From Selaginella moellendorffii (lineage: Eukaryota > Plantae > Lycopodiophyta), in contig NW_003314266.1 in the NCBI RefSeq assembly GCF_000143415.4, forward strand, positions 3,937,674 through 4,001,673: 64,000 nucleotides of DNA, in the 5' to 3' direction. The translations under genes and the position numbers were made by a program. The notes beneath the pieces were generated by a model. It searched no databases and was not told the DNA's origin. It was given only the letters and a program-made list of their open reading frames with translations. Each line of letters starts with the position of its first letter. Position 1 is the stretch's first letter. This document shows, piece after piece, positions 37,539 through 50,618 of the stretch.

Positions 37539-39267
37539 TGTGAGACACAAAATCCCTAGGCCCCAAAGTGGAGCCGGAGGGGTGCCACGTGGTAGTGGCC
37601 GAAGCGAAAGCCAAACGAGCGTAACACGTTTGGACTAAAAGCTCCACCTTGAAAGGTCGAGAGCGGGAGTGGAACTCCCAATGAAGTGCTCGAGGAACAA
37701 GCACAAAGAGAGCAATAAGCGAGGCTCCAAAAAGGGACCCAAAAGGACCAACATATGACACGTGGGAGTGTCCGAGATGGACCCGAGTTGGAGTCCGAAG
37801 TGGAGTTCGAGAAGGACCCCGAGATGGAGTCCGAGGTGGAGTCCGAGGTGGACCCGAGATAGACCCGAAATGGACCCGAGATGGGACCCGAGATGAACCC
37901 GAGATGGAGTCCGAGATGGAGTCTGAGATGGACCCGAGATGGAGTCCGAGATGGACCCGAGATGGAGTCCGAGATGGAGTCCGAGATGGACCCGAGATGG
38001 ACCCAAGATGGAGTCCGAGATGGAGTCCGAGAAGGACCCGAGATGGAGTCTGAGGTGGAGTCCGAGATGGAGTCCGAGATGGACCCGAGATGGACCCGAG
38101 ATGGAGTCCGAGATGGACCCGAGATAGAGTCCGAAGTCGAGACCAGGACCAAAACCGAGACCGGGACCGAGACCGAGACCGAGATCGGGACCGAGACCGA
38201 GACCGAGGCCGAGGCCGAGTCCGAGTCCGAGTCCGAGTCCGAGTCCGAGGCCGAGTCCGAGTTCGAGCCTGAGAGGGTGAAAGCCCAAAGCGTTCGTCTC
38301 CCAGACCCTGAGGGGTTTGGTGAGCTCCAAAAGTATAGTAGGGGGGAGGACTGCAGTGGAGCTAGTTTGGCCAGGAAAGGCCAGTTTGGCCCAGGAAGGC
38401 CGGACCCAGTGTTGGGTGATGAGCTGCCCATTGGGAAGTCCAAAACTAGAGTGAACATGGACCGACAAGCGGGGTAGCTTAGTGAAGTGTTCAAGAGCCG
38501 GCTCTAGTCCCCTGGGAGATCATCTGGCCGATGCTCCTAGTCCAAGTGTGGGTGGCACTACCTACTTGGATACCTGGTGTGGCTCAACGGAACCTCACTC
38601 TAAGCCCATGGCTAGAGCACCCAAAGGCAGAAGGCGAGAAGAGTACCCATGAGGCCCGCGTAGGGCCACGGTGTTCCGAAATGTTGTCCCAAAGTCCCAG
38701 ACTGTGGAAAGGAAGAGGAGTAGCCCTCTGGTGTGGTGATAAAGGACACGGTCACCCAGTGAGGAAGTCCCAGAGGACAGTTGGACTTAGAGGTCAGGCC
38801 TGTGGGCCTTGATCCAGTGGCAGTGTGGGTGAACACGGCCATGGACAAAAAGGGACTTGGTGGGGACCAGAAAGGAGATATTAGGGAAGGCTATTTCCCA
38901 TGTCTGCGGGCAGCCTAAGGATGCTAAGGAGTGGATCTGGGATGACCACTCATGGACGGATAGCCCAGTCTTGGAGAGACGGGATTGCAATGTAGATGGT
39001 GTTGGACCACCGATGTGACCAAGGTGATTGGGCATGGCCTAGCGTAACAGGCTGGTATGTTGGTGGTGCCTTGGGGTGTCGGTCAAGGGATCGGACACGT
39101 GGAGCACTTGGACCAAGTGCAAAAGTTGAGTGGCATGGATGCCATTCGCGGGGCTAACAAGCCCCAAGTTTTGAATGGGACTTATGGAGGTCGTGAATGA
39201 GACTCCTCCAAGTGGTCGGAGGTGCGGTTAAGTGACTAAAGTAGAATGAAAAAATTAATCGCTTACA
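37539..39267. mobile_element. Solo LTR (1729 bp), TSD CACTG
   Basis: TGTGAGAC...CTTACA flanked by CACTG at 37534-37538 and 39268-39272. Confidence 0.88.
37771..38270. repeat. CCGAG-core minisatellite inside LTR 2
   Basis: Same units as 35872-36337, less decayed. Confidence 0.9.
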
Positions 39268-39903
39268 CACTGTTGTGATGGTGGAGAATAGAGCCAAGGA
39301 GTAGTGATGAAGTTGTCCTCTTCAAAACTTACAAGTGCTCTTGTAATCTTCACTTGCTGAAATTTCGGTGTCAATTAGGTTAAATGAGAGATCCCATAAA
39401 AGAAAATTGGGGCAATCGTTTAAGCTAGGAGAGGCACTTGCAAAAATGTCTAACTCCACACTTCACTCCACCCAACTCCATGGTTGCCTTGCCACTTTCT
39501 AAGCTCACACTCTGATACTTTTGAAACTCTAAATTAAATTACTTAACAAGGTAGCATATGTGCCATCTATGTGGTATAATCCCATAAAACTCATGCCATG
39601 GCACTATCACATAAAGTCATGTTTTGATTGCTCTTATAGTAATCAAAAAGTTTTTAAAACTTTGCAAAACTTTCACAAACAAACAAAAGTGAATACAAAT
39701 AAATTTCTCAAAACAAAAACCAGGTTTGGCATCCCGAACTTGATAATCACATATCCATTGCCATAGCCTGGGAGCATAAAAAGCCAAATTGCTAGTGTTT
39801 AAGTCTTTTGCAAAGGCTAAAATTTTTCAAAGCTGCTACATGTTTTGCCAATAAGTAATAACAACATTGGCTCCAATTGATATTTCAGGATATATTATTA
39901 TTT

Positions 39904-40770
39904 TCAAGTTTCAACATTAGTTATTTGTCTGCTATTTCTCTTCTTTATAACTAATATTACCATTTCCACCAGTAATAGGAAAGCAAGAAAGAGTCCATCA
40001 TAAAAACCATCCTATTTCTCCACCTTCAATCAGAATATATGCTATCACATATTGGGATCATAGGTAAAAAAGTTTCCAAAAATCCATCCATCAAATGTTA
40101 GATACTCAGCAAATTTTTGTTTTCTCGTTTCCACAGACTAATTTCTATGCGCCATCTTATCCATCCATATATTCCTGTAGAAGCATGTGCTACTGCAGAT
40201 ACTATTTGTAAACCAATAAACCACTACTGATCTGAAACATATGTGCTTGCAAATGCACTTCCACCCCCAGTAACAAGACTAGCCACCATGCATAGCTTGT
40301 GTTGAGAGCTTGTGATAACTCCAAGGACAACTAAAACAATAGTAATTTAGTTGGTAAGCAGTTGTATTTTTAAAATTTAAATGTAGCTCACCTCCAAGCA
40401 CATAGCCAAGTAATAGGAGCGTATATATATACGGAGTCAAACAAGGGAGTTACCAATATCTGATTACAGAGTATTTTGGTCCAATATTTGCAGGAGCGAA
40501 ATAATAAGAATAAATGCCCCAAGGTGTAGCGCGTTACAGTTCTTTTGACAGTGAGAAAAACCATATGGGCAATGCCACTTTGGAGGATAAAACGTGATAA
40601 CAATGGTATATATGTAAAAGAGAAGTTCCCACAACGAAATAGCTAAAAGTATGAAATACCAGTCCACGGAAAACCTTACGAACCATATTCTGTTTAGCTG
40701 TGTAATATACAAGCATATTCTGCTGGTTTAAAGGCGCTAAACCTTTGCTCGCAGCGGCGGCAGCAGCCAT
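39904..40770 (-). pseudogene. Frameshifted paralogue of the membrane-protein gene at 41594-42595
   Basis: Same exon/intron layout and WHCP.G.SHCQK.CNALH motif, but indels break the frame. Confidence 0.65.
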
Positions 40771-41129
40771 GGACGATCGCAGCAGCAGAACAGCTGCTCG
40801 ATCTTTTCCATGGCGAGCTCGTCCAACTCCGCTATCGTGAAGCACTGCTGCTGCTGCTTTCCATCAATGCGGTTGGATTTGAGCAGCGCGGCGCCATACC
40901 TGCAAGAAGAAAATCGTCGATCGGATGAAATCCGAAAGAGAAAAGAAAAGAGATTGCTGCTTTCTATCGAGCAAACGAAAAATCAGAGGAAACAAAAGTT
41001 CTAAAGAATTTTGATCACGAAATAACACCCTATTCTTTTATTGAAAACCTAGAATCACCGATGTTCTAAACCATCTTGGCACAAGCTTCGAAGAAACAAA
41101 TAAAAGAAAAAAACAATTGCATAACTTCA

Positions 41130-41350
41130 GAGTACTGTGCTTGATGCCGCACTGGATTCGGTGAGCGATCCCATGCTGAGTGGTGCCGACTCTGAGGTGT
41201 AAGGAATCGTTGAGGTAGAACAACGTCGACTGTTCTCTGTCCAGAACGTAGTGAAAGATGGCCTTGAGAGCTTTTCCCAAGTTCTTTTCCGCAAGAGTAT
41301 TACCGTGATACCAAATCAAAGAAAAGAAATCAATCCACGCATGAGCTCCA
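41130..41350 (-). pseudogene. Collapsed relic of L-galactose dehydrogenase (aldo-keto reductase family)
   Basis: Ordered fragments IDFF, YHGNTLAEKNLGKALKA, IFHYVLDR, TVDVVL, LNDS and APLSMGSLTE match plant GalDH motifs. Confidence 0.7.
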
Positions 41351-41593
41351 TCTCTAGGGAAAAAACAAACAATCAAAAAAGAGAAAACTCCAATCTGCAT
41401 GAAAAGGCCAGTGCAGAGAAACTCACGATTTGCCCCACCCCAAAAACATCAGGCAGCTAAACAGAAATGAATTCACGGAGAAAACTTACGGGGAAACATT
41501 CACACATCATGAGAGAAATTGATGCCTAGACGAATCACCTTGTGAACAAATTCCACCGCCCGACAGCGGCCAGTTTAGGATATATTATTATTT

Positions 41594-42595
41594 TCAAGTG
41601 TCAACATTAGTTACTCGTCTGCTACTTATCATCCTTCTAACTAATACAACCATTTCCACCACTAATAGGACGGCAAGAAGAAAGTCCATAATAGAAACCA
41701 TCCTATTTCCCCACCTCCAATCAGAATATATGTGGTCACATATGGGGTCGATCAAAGGAAACAAAATCTGAAATCCAAGCGAAATATGTAAGAAAGCCAG
41801 CAGACCCCCTTCATTACCATTCCTGATTTCTTCATCTATCACCCTATATTCTATGATCCATCTTTTCAATCCATATATTCCTGTAGAAGCATGTGCTACT
41901 GCAGATACTACTTGTAAACCAAAAAACCACCACCGATCTGAAACATATGTGCTTGCAAACGCACTTGCACCCCCAATGACAAGACTAGCCACCATGCATA
42001 GCTTGTGTTGAGAGCCTGTGATAACTCCAATGACAACTAAAACAATAATAAGTTAATTGGTAAGCAGTTGTATTTCTAGAATAAATGTAGCTCACCTCCA
42101 AGCACATAGCCAAGTAATAGGAGTGTATATATAAACGGAATCAAACAAGGGAATTGCCAATATCGGATAACAGAGTATTTTGTTCCAATATTTACATGAC
42201 CATATAATGTAGACAAAGAGCCCCAATGGTAACTTGGGTGTAGCGCATTACAGCTCTTTTGACAGTGAGAAACACCATGTGGGCAATGCCACTCTGGATA
42301 ATCAAATGTGATAATAATGGTGCATATGTAAAATAGAAGTTCCCAAAAGGAAATAGTTGCAAGTATAAAATACCACCACTTGTACGAGAATTCCATGAGA
42401 AACCTTATGAACCCTAATTTTTTTCTTAGCTTTAAAATCTATTTAAGCAAAAGGAAAGGGAATCTTAACTTCATTTAATATACAAGCATATTCTGCTGTT
42501 TTAAAACCTTCTCTTGGCGACGCCGGGCGAAGAGATGCTCCACAGCGACGCGGATTGATCCCTCCCTTTGCTCGCAGACCCAAGTTCTTCCCCAT
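41594..42595 (-). CDS. Uncharacterised multi-pass membrane protein with Cys/His-rich loop
   Basis: ORFs 42076-42396 and 41594-41995 join through a GT..AG intron; several hydrophobic helices; 5' exon uncertain. Confidence 0.55.
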
Positions 42596-42626
42596 CTCAT
42601 TTGCAACTAACCTCGGATTGCAGCTG

Positions 42627-43995
42627 CTGGTTCCTCTCAGATCGAGATGGGAAGCACCAAGCTGAGGATTGGATCCACAATCTTTGGAGCTCGAGAGTAC
42701 CCAGCAAAGAAATAGAAATGGAGCCAATACACTAAAGATCGTCAAGAACAAGAACATGAGGAAATTCGCTGTACAGAATCCTTGTCAAAGGATCGGAATT
42801 TATGCTTTTGGAGAACTTCTCTTAGTTAAGATCACGAAAATTTGTCCATATCCCAAAGCGCTATAAACTTCCCCTGACACGAAAGTAACATTATTATAAA
42901 CTAGATCTCCGGGAGTTTTTCCCCGGGATCTCTCTTTTCCTCCCCCTTCAATCACTGACACCACTACGTACAAGGATAAGACTTTGCTTGGCCCTGGATT
43001 GGAGCTTCGTTCTAGCAGCGAGGATTGGGAAGCGCTCCATGGTCGCAATTGGAAGCCGGCATCCAGTGATACTTGGTCTTGAATCCATTCCCAGCGCGCT
43101 CCATCACTGGGTCTCGCACCCACTGATCGATCGTGAAGATCTCGCGGCTCACGCACTTGTTGCTCCCGGATTGCCTCACCGAGACGTTGAGGCCCTTGAC
43201 GTACCACGAGGAGCTCGGGTACTTGCCGTTCTGGGTCACCTCCACCTTGCAGATCCGGCCGATGCAAGCGTTGGTGGCCACGAATCGATCCACGGCATTG
43301 CGCTCGAAGTTGTTCCCGGGGCGCTGGAGCTGGAAGTTGAGGGATTGATCGGCGGAGTTGGCCAGGCGGAGGAAGACGTCGGCGTCGGTGCCCGCGCCTT
43401 CGCGATCGCCAGTGGAAACTTCCACCATGTATATGCATTGCCCCTGAAAAAGAGACGCGAACAATCAAGATCACAGTGGATCTCCAAAGAAATCATCAAG
43501 AAGAAGAAGAAGAAAGAAGCACTGGAGGAGGAAGAGGAAGAAGAGGAAGAAGAGGAAGAAGAAGACCTAGAAGAAGAAGAATGAAAGAAGTTTTGGGTTC
43601 TTACATTGGTGTGCGGTATGATCGTTGTGATCGCGATCAAGAACAACACAAGCCTCATTCTTTCAAGAAACTTGGAGAAACAATCGAAAGCGTCCAAGCA
43701 AGCAAACTTGGAGAAAGAATGTGGCTATAATTTCTCGCGAACAAGTTATAGGAGAGCTTTTTCGCGCATTAAATTTGCAGCTTTATGTACCCATGTGATG
43801 GGGCATGTGGTTTCTGGTCACCGCACATGTAAGTTTCTCAAGAACCCTAAACGCAGAGCAAATTCTAAATCCCTAAAACAGAGCACTCACTCTACAACCC
43901 TAAAACAGAGCATTTTCAATCGAAGACTGGAATGCATGTTGGGTTGCAAGGAAATGCGCAATCAATTACCAGTTGTGGTGGATCGCGATCAAAGT
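42627..43995. repeat. 1.37-kb direct duplication, copy 2 (orphan PLPBP last exon + PLAT gene + functional PAE tail)
   Basis: Near-identical to 33567-34930. Confidence 0.92.
43012..43658 (-). CDS. Secreted PLAT/LH2-domain protein, full-length copy
   Basis: YMVEVSTGDREGAGTDADVFLRL..NNFERNAVDRF..IGRICKVEV..WYVKGLNV. Confidence 0.8.
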
Positions 43996-45517
43996 ACCAA
44001 TCGCCTACTGTTTGCGACACTGACTGCACCGACACCAGCTTTAGTTTGAGATTGTTCCTTTTTTTTTCTTACCTTTCCATTGACTTGGATATTGTTCCAT
44101 TTGTCGTCCCCACGGGCGTGGCAGTGCGTGAAGCACGAGTCGAAGAAAACTCCCAGCGAGCTCTTGTAGTTCCAGTCTGACGCCGAAAGAGCGCCGATCA
44201 TGCTCGTCCGGAATTCCTGGAGTTTTTTCACCGCCGGGCATGACAGCGAGTTCATACAGGAGACGTATTGATCCCTTGGGATCTTTTTTACGTGCTCTAG
44301 CTGCATTCACTCAGGGAATTTATATTCAAACGAGTGATCAGTGATCATTCGATCGGAACTTACTTGCCAGTAATCGTATGCGGCGTTTAGCAGGAAAAGT
44401 GGAGGCTGGACAAACGCTTTCATTGTTTGTGGGAAGAAGCACTGGCATGATCGATCACAGTTCAGAAATTTGCAATTTGCTGACAACAAAAATGGAAATC
44501 TTACCTCAGTGGCAGCTCTAGAAGAAACACAAGAGGAATCCAGTGTCTTTTCTAGCTGGTGCAGTTTCACCACACTGTTGTAATAGCTAGACATTGAGTA
44601 GTTGCCACTGATGTCTGATCTGCAAGAACAGGATTTCATAGAAATCTCAACATTAGCATACGTTGTCTTACACATTAAGGAAGAATCCACCGTCACTGAG
44701 GCATTTGAGCTTGATTCGAGGAAGAAAGCTTTGCAACTCATTGCAACGATGCACTGTGGCTAATCCTCCAGCCGAGCAGCCCGACAGAAGAACCTAAATA
44801 TCATGGTAAAATTGTTCACGAGTAACACCAAACTTTAAGCATACCTGGGTGGCGTCGCTCAATCCCATGGATTTGAGCTCATCAATTACAGCTTTGAAAA
44901 TCCTTTTCCCTCGAAAATACAAAACCTGTTAAAAAAAGAGAACTTTTATCATTTCTTTTGTGATATATCTTCATACCTGACCGGAGGGTAGAGTGAGGGG
45001 CTCAGCAACATCGGCACTGAAAGAAGCTCCATCGCAGTACCTCACAAAAACATGGGTCCAGTTGTGGAAGTCGGTGTTGACTTTGGGGTCGGAGCTGAGC
45101 TGACCACTAAACGCTGCAAAGCCTTGCATGTTGACCGAGCTCCCCAGAGCAGTTCCAGCTCTAGCAGCACAAGATTGCTCGGACTCACACCACCCTCCAC
45201 CCTGAAAATCACAACCATAACTTGACATGGTAAGTAGTCGATCTTATACCTCCAGACTAATGAGCCAGTTTGCTCCTCCTGGCGCAATATGGTAAGCTGG
45301 GACGCTTCCATCCAAGCAGACTTGTAAATCACAGCCAAATGTTACAAACTCCCGGGTTTAAACTTTGGCACTACATACAACAAAACTCACCTGCGCCCAA
45401 TGACTTTGCCTTTGAGAGGTAAGTTATCTCCACAAGAACACCGTCAAGTTGCGTGGGGCTGACCTGAGATGGAGCCCCAAATACAAGGGCAAGGAATGCA
45501 AAGAGAAGAGAATTCAT
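43916..45517 (-). CDS. Pectin acetylesterase (PAE/Notum family), multi-exon
   Basis: Signal peptide, [31 protein letters not shown] nucleophile motif, [32 protein letters not shown]. Confidence 0.92.
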
Positions 45518-45975
45518 ACCCAAAGAAGATGGATCTATGGGGAAACGAAAACAATGATATTATGAGTGAAACCTGTACTACGAACTGTAAGATCTACCCG
45601 TGATTTTTTGTCCTGTGGAGATATCACGCGTTTCCTGTTGGGGTCACGCATTGCCTGCAACGTCCTTGGCGATTCTATCAAAGAATGTGTCGAGAAAGAC
45701 AGGCACTATCAAACAAGAAATGCTTTTCACGAAAATTCAAGCTTTAGTTTTGAATGTTTTAGTTCTTTGTGTGCAATTACTTGAATTACAAACATGAGAA
45801 TCGTTAGCATCATTTTACGGAAAGAATTTGAAGTAAGCGATCGAATAGAGAACGAATGTCATCGTGAAGTTACCAAGGTTGAGTGTTTGACTTGTAGAGT
45901 GTTAGTAACTTTTGCCTTATAAACTGCCCAGATCCTCTGAATTGTTTAAGAGCGATGTCTTGCAATGCTCCATGC

Positions 45976-47640
45976 ATTGTGTTTTTGTTCTTGGTATTCT
46001 GCAAGGTTCTCCATGAGTCTTGATGGCTTTTGAAGCAAACTGATCCTCTTAGTAGCTGGTTAGAAGAAGTTCCTCTGTGCAACTGGACAGGGATTTCATG
46101 CCATCCCAATCACCAGAATTATGTTCAAGGGATCAATCTCTACAATCTAAATCTGAGTGGTACAATCACACCTCTTCTTGGCCAGCCATCCCCCCTTTTG
46201 CTGTTACTTTAGCGTCTCTATTTATCTTCCCTGGTACATAAGGATCTCAACGTGATGCAATCCTCCTCGAACCAATGCAACCAGGAGGTGATATATTAAT
46301 CTCTCAAGCAACAGCTTTATGTCCAGCATTCCAAAGGAGCTTGAGAATTGCACGTTGCTTGAAGAGATTTCTCTTTCTCAAATTCTCTTACAGGAACTAT
46401 TCCAGATATTTTCAATCGTTTAAAGCACCTGTCCATTCTCAGTCGTCTGTGGGGAAATCAGCTTGTTGGCAACATCCCATTGTCAATTGCAAACTCCTCA
46501 AAATTGGCGAAGCTGATAATGAACTTACAGGACACATCCCAAATAATCTGATGACTTGAGGCAATTGTTCCAGGCTGGTTATATTAGATGTTACTTTCAA
46601 CCTCGTCTGGAAGCCTTCCTTTGGAGCTTGCAAGACTATCAAGGCTTCAACATGCTGGGTTTTTGACAATCAACTGCAAGGAAAACTCTGGAGTTCTAAT
46701 CCTGTTCACTAATTCATTGTCCGGTCAAATCCCTTCAACTCTATTCCAGTGCACTTCCCTCATAGAAATTGATGTTTCACAGAATTCTCTCACAGGTCCA
46801 ATCCCAGCTGATATCAGCAAACTTCAACACCTCCAAACATTTCTTACTCACCAAAATGAATCGCGTGGCAGCACTTTTGGCAACTTGTCCTCTCTTTTAC
46901 AAACGGACATGGCCTTCAACCAGCTGAGTGGCACCATACCAACAGCAATTGGATCACTTTCACAGCTCCAGCGCTTATCTCTTGCATACAACAGGCTTTC
47001 TTGACCCATTCCTGAAGCTGCTTTCAAGCTGTGCAGGAATCTTGGCTTCCAGAGGCTCGACCGCAATGAGCTCGATCGATCCCGCAAGAGTTTGGGGAAA
47101 TTACCAATCTCACGTATTTAATTCTCACGAAAAATCTCTTAACAGAGGAGATTCCACCCAACATAGGCACCCTTTTCAGGCTGCAGTTCTTATCAACTTG
47201 GAACCTTCTCACAGATTATGGTTCCAGAGGGATGAACATGGAGGGAGCTACCTGTTGATCTTGCGGCTGGCCCTACGCGTGAGATTCCACCATGGCTTGG
47301 AGGCTTCAACAAAGTTCAGTCCATTGTTCTTTCTTCCAATGCCTTCTCAGGGGAGATACCTGCTAGTTTGGGTGAATGCAGCGGGCTCACTTACCTTGAC
47401 TTGGCCTCAAGCTCATTAACTACGTTGACATTCTTGAAGTTAATGCTTCATACAACAACTTAATTCGCACATCTCATCATTTTGCAAAATTTGACAGCTC
47501 CATGTTTTTCGGGAACCATTCGTTGTGTGGAGAGATACTTCATAGAAACTGTCCTTCACCCTCATCATCATCAAGCCAAATCTAAACTTCGCTGTAGTGG
47601 TTGTCATGATATTGATAATAGCATTGTGTGTTAAAACCTT
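45976..47640 (+). pseudogene. LRR receptor-like kinase/protein relic
   Basis: LSSW..CNWTGISC cap, NLSGTI, NSLSGQIP, NSLTGPIP and NQLSGTIP repeats with stops and frameshifts; no kinase domain seen. Confidence 0.82.
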
Positions 47641-47949
47641 TAAGCACAGTGATTATGATGGAGCAGCTTTGGTGGGAAACTTGAAAGCACTAAGTTTTTA
47701 ACAGGTAATGAACATGATAGATCTCTCTACTCGCAACTTTGGTTGAAAATTTCTTCAGAAGTGCATTTTCAACGGATATCAAGCACTGAACATTACACCT
47801 ATATACAAATGAATATCATGTTAGTGAGAATGTAAATGCCAAGCTTTTATTACGTACCAGTCATTGCGCTTGAGCCGGCTCTCAACAAGAGGCTTAGAAA
47901 GCTGGCCGTGTTGTAGTAAATGTGGATCTTTGATCATCTCTAACTTAAT

Positions 47950-48680
47950 GGTGTGCCTAGTTCTTAGCACCTAGATCGAAGAAGCTGCTACAGCGCTCCA
48001 AGGAAGGACTCCACCATTGGCTAGCTTGAGACAGCAAAATCAAAGGCCTTCCAAGCCATTAACAAGATCATACGGAAGGATGCCCTGAAACATACATCCC
48101 GGTGAGAGCTCAACATCAGGGATTTGTGACACCTTCTCATATACCAGAGTTTTCGGCCAGGCTCTGTTAACCATGCCCAGAAGATCATCAAATCAATGCC
48201 CAGATGCCAGTCCCCAATCAATGAGACTGTAAACTCCATCTCTGTAGCAAAAGTTCTTAGGAAAGATTTTGTTGTGGTGCACACCGTGATTCAAGCACAA
48301 GTGTGATACCGTATCATATAGGCATCCCTGACGATCAAAGCTGGCCTCTTGCAAAATGCGTTTTCATGTGAGCTTGAGCAAAGTTGGTCTTGGCATGCCA
48401 TTTCACGCTCAATGTGAAACCATTCTTCCCAGTTATATTCCCCTTCCTGATGTAGTGCCATTTGACGGCAAGTTTCAGCCACCTTTGAGAGTTACAGATA
48501 AAACAATTGACGTAGCTTTCTGTTTCACAACCTCTTTTACCACCAATGTTCTCTCCTCCAAAACTCTACATTTTAGCTGCAAAAACTTGTTTTTGATCCA
48601 GAGATTGTGGCACCCTCGTGCCACCAGACCGTATAATTCATAGAACTGGGAGAATTGCATGATCGCTCTAATAACCATGT
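47950..48680 (-). pseudogene. Atypical protein-kinase-like relic
   Basis: TLVVKEV (subdomain II-like) and HGVHHNKIFPKNFCYRDGVYSLIDWGLAS (catalytic loop and DFG-like DWG), followed by an in-frame stop. Confidence 0.55.
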
Positions 48681-50618
48681 GGTTACTCGGGTCAGCATGA
48701 GCATTCTAACCCACTGTTTGTCTTCTTGAGCTTCAATCTCGTTTACTATGTGTACCTTTAACTCACCACTCTCTTATGAATGCGTTCAACCATTTCCTAT
48801 AGGTTTTCTAAAGTATAATTGAAATTTTATAAATTAATTTTAACAAAAAGTAAAGTTAGAATCAATTTGAAGACATATTAAACCATATTAAAAATCTATC
48901 AAATTCTTTATAAGCATCTAATATTAGTTTTTTGAAGAGTTATTCTATTTGATATCAAATAAAATAATAAAGGTGGACTAAATAACTTGAATATTTTTAG
49001 TTAGTGGTTTAACTCTTATAAACTTGGGTTTAATACTTTCTTAGGGCTAATTTACTTTACTTTTTGTTCTTTGATAATCAAAGACTATTTAACACAACCT
49101 AATATAAGTTGAACTAAGGTTTTTTTGTCCTAATAAGGTTTGTGAATTTGTATAAGTATGGCCTCTAATAATCCTTAAGTATCACCTACTTAGGGTTGAA
49201 AAAATTTAGTGAAGAAGAATATTCCATATCATCTTTGGGTATTCATTGAAATACTTCCTCTACCCTTGATTCCAAATAGAGAGAGAAAACGTTTTATATA
49301 GTGTAAATATAATGTATATACATATATACATTTTATTTTGTATGTTAAATATGAAAGATATCTATAAATGATTATGCCCTTGCATAAGAATCCAAGATCA
49401 GTTTTAAAACAATGAATTGTGACCGATATAACACCTAGCTAATAACTGAAAAAATTATTAAATAAAACTCATAAATAAATCTAGCTTGAATACAATACTA
49501 TTAAAGGGTTGATCTTTTTGTGGGGTTTGATTTTTCCATCTCCCAAGCTTCACATCCCCAAAAGATTGATCTCCTGGTTTCTAGTATCAAACATGAAACA
49601 TACTTTAACAAACAAGTTGGCAAGTAGAAATGAAAAATATATCAAACATTGGTAGCTTTTTGAAACAAGATATAATCTAATCATTAAAAATACAAATTTA
49701 ATTTGATAATTAACAGAAATATACATTTAATTACTAATTTTATTACTGTTTTAATTGGAACTTGATGTTTTCTTTGTGTTAATTATTGAGTCACAAATCA
49801 CTTACAATTGTAGTATAATTCACTTCAGTTATGGAGTAGTATATATACTTTTGTTAAAAGAATTAAATGGAAAACGAGATCTACATTATCACAGCAAGTT
49901 TGCACTCCAGGTTTTCGAAATATTTCTGGTTTTAACTCCATTAAAATTGTGGTTGCAAAATAGATTTTTCTATTTTTTATTTCAGACTCAGATTTAACAA
50001 CACTTTGTTACATAGTTATATATGCGATAGGCTCTCTAGAAGCACAAACACTATTTTTCACTCTAAAAGTACATACTCTTTTTAGATTTTGTAGAGCTTG
50101 ACTCAAGAAGCACATACCCTGATTAAACGAGAATGTTGTTAGACAGAATTCAATGATTTTCTTACCTTGCAACACAGCAAGCACAAATTGTCTCAGAGAA
50201 AGTCGCAAAGTACATGAGCTGGATAGCAGTGGCAATGAATGCTCCACCTAGATGCAGAAGCTGGAATTCAACAATCCATCTAAAGATAATCCAGGTGACT
50301 GCGGAAAAAAAAGAGCACACCACAAAGAGCACGGAGGAAACATCTCAATCGAAGGGAAGCCTGTAGATCATGCAAATAACAAATGGAGCAAAGGCAGCCA
50401 CCATGTCTAAACACTGGCAATCACCCATGCCTTCACTTTCTTGATGCGGCAAATGACACCCATGAAAGGATAGAAGGAACCAACCAGTACTGCCATGCCC
50501 TTCAGCCACCATTCTCTCGAACTCCACAACTCTCATATTGAACAAGTAGAGGAAGAAAACCATAGATAAAGCCATCAACATAGTAACAATTAGAGCCAAA
50601 TCGTGAGTGTCCAAGACC

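Noticed and set aside
35851-38494. Long low-complexity ORFs (LGLGLG, ESEMES, SDSDS, PRPR) on both strands
   Set aside because: Translation artefacts of the stop-free minisatellite inside the solo LTRs
35641-39267. Single LTR element with a 204-bp interior
   Set aside because: Each LTR has its own distinct TSD and the outer flanks do not match each other
35250-39790. Possible long degenerate TIRs (CATAGATG..CATATGC.ACCT at ~35520 versus its reverse complement at ~39550) of a Mutator-like host element
   Set aside because: Similarity is patchy and I could not define termini or a TSD by eye
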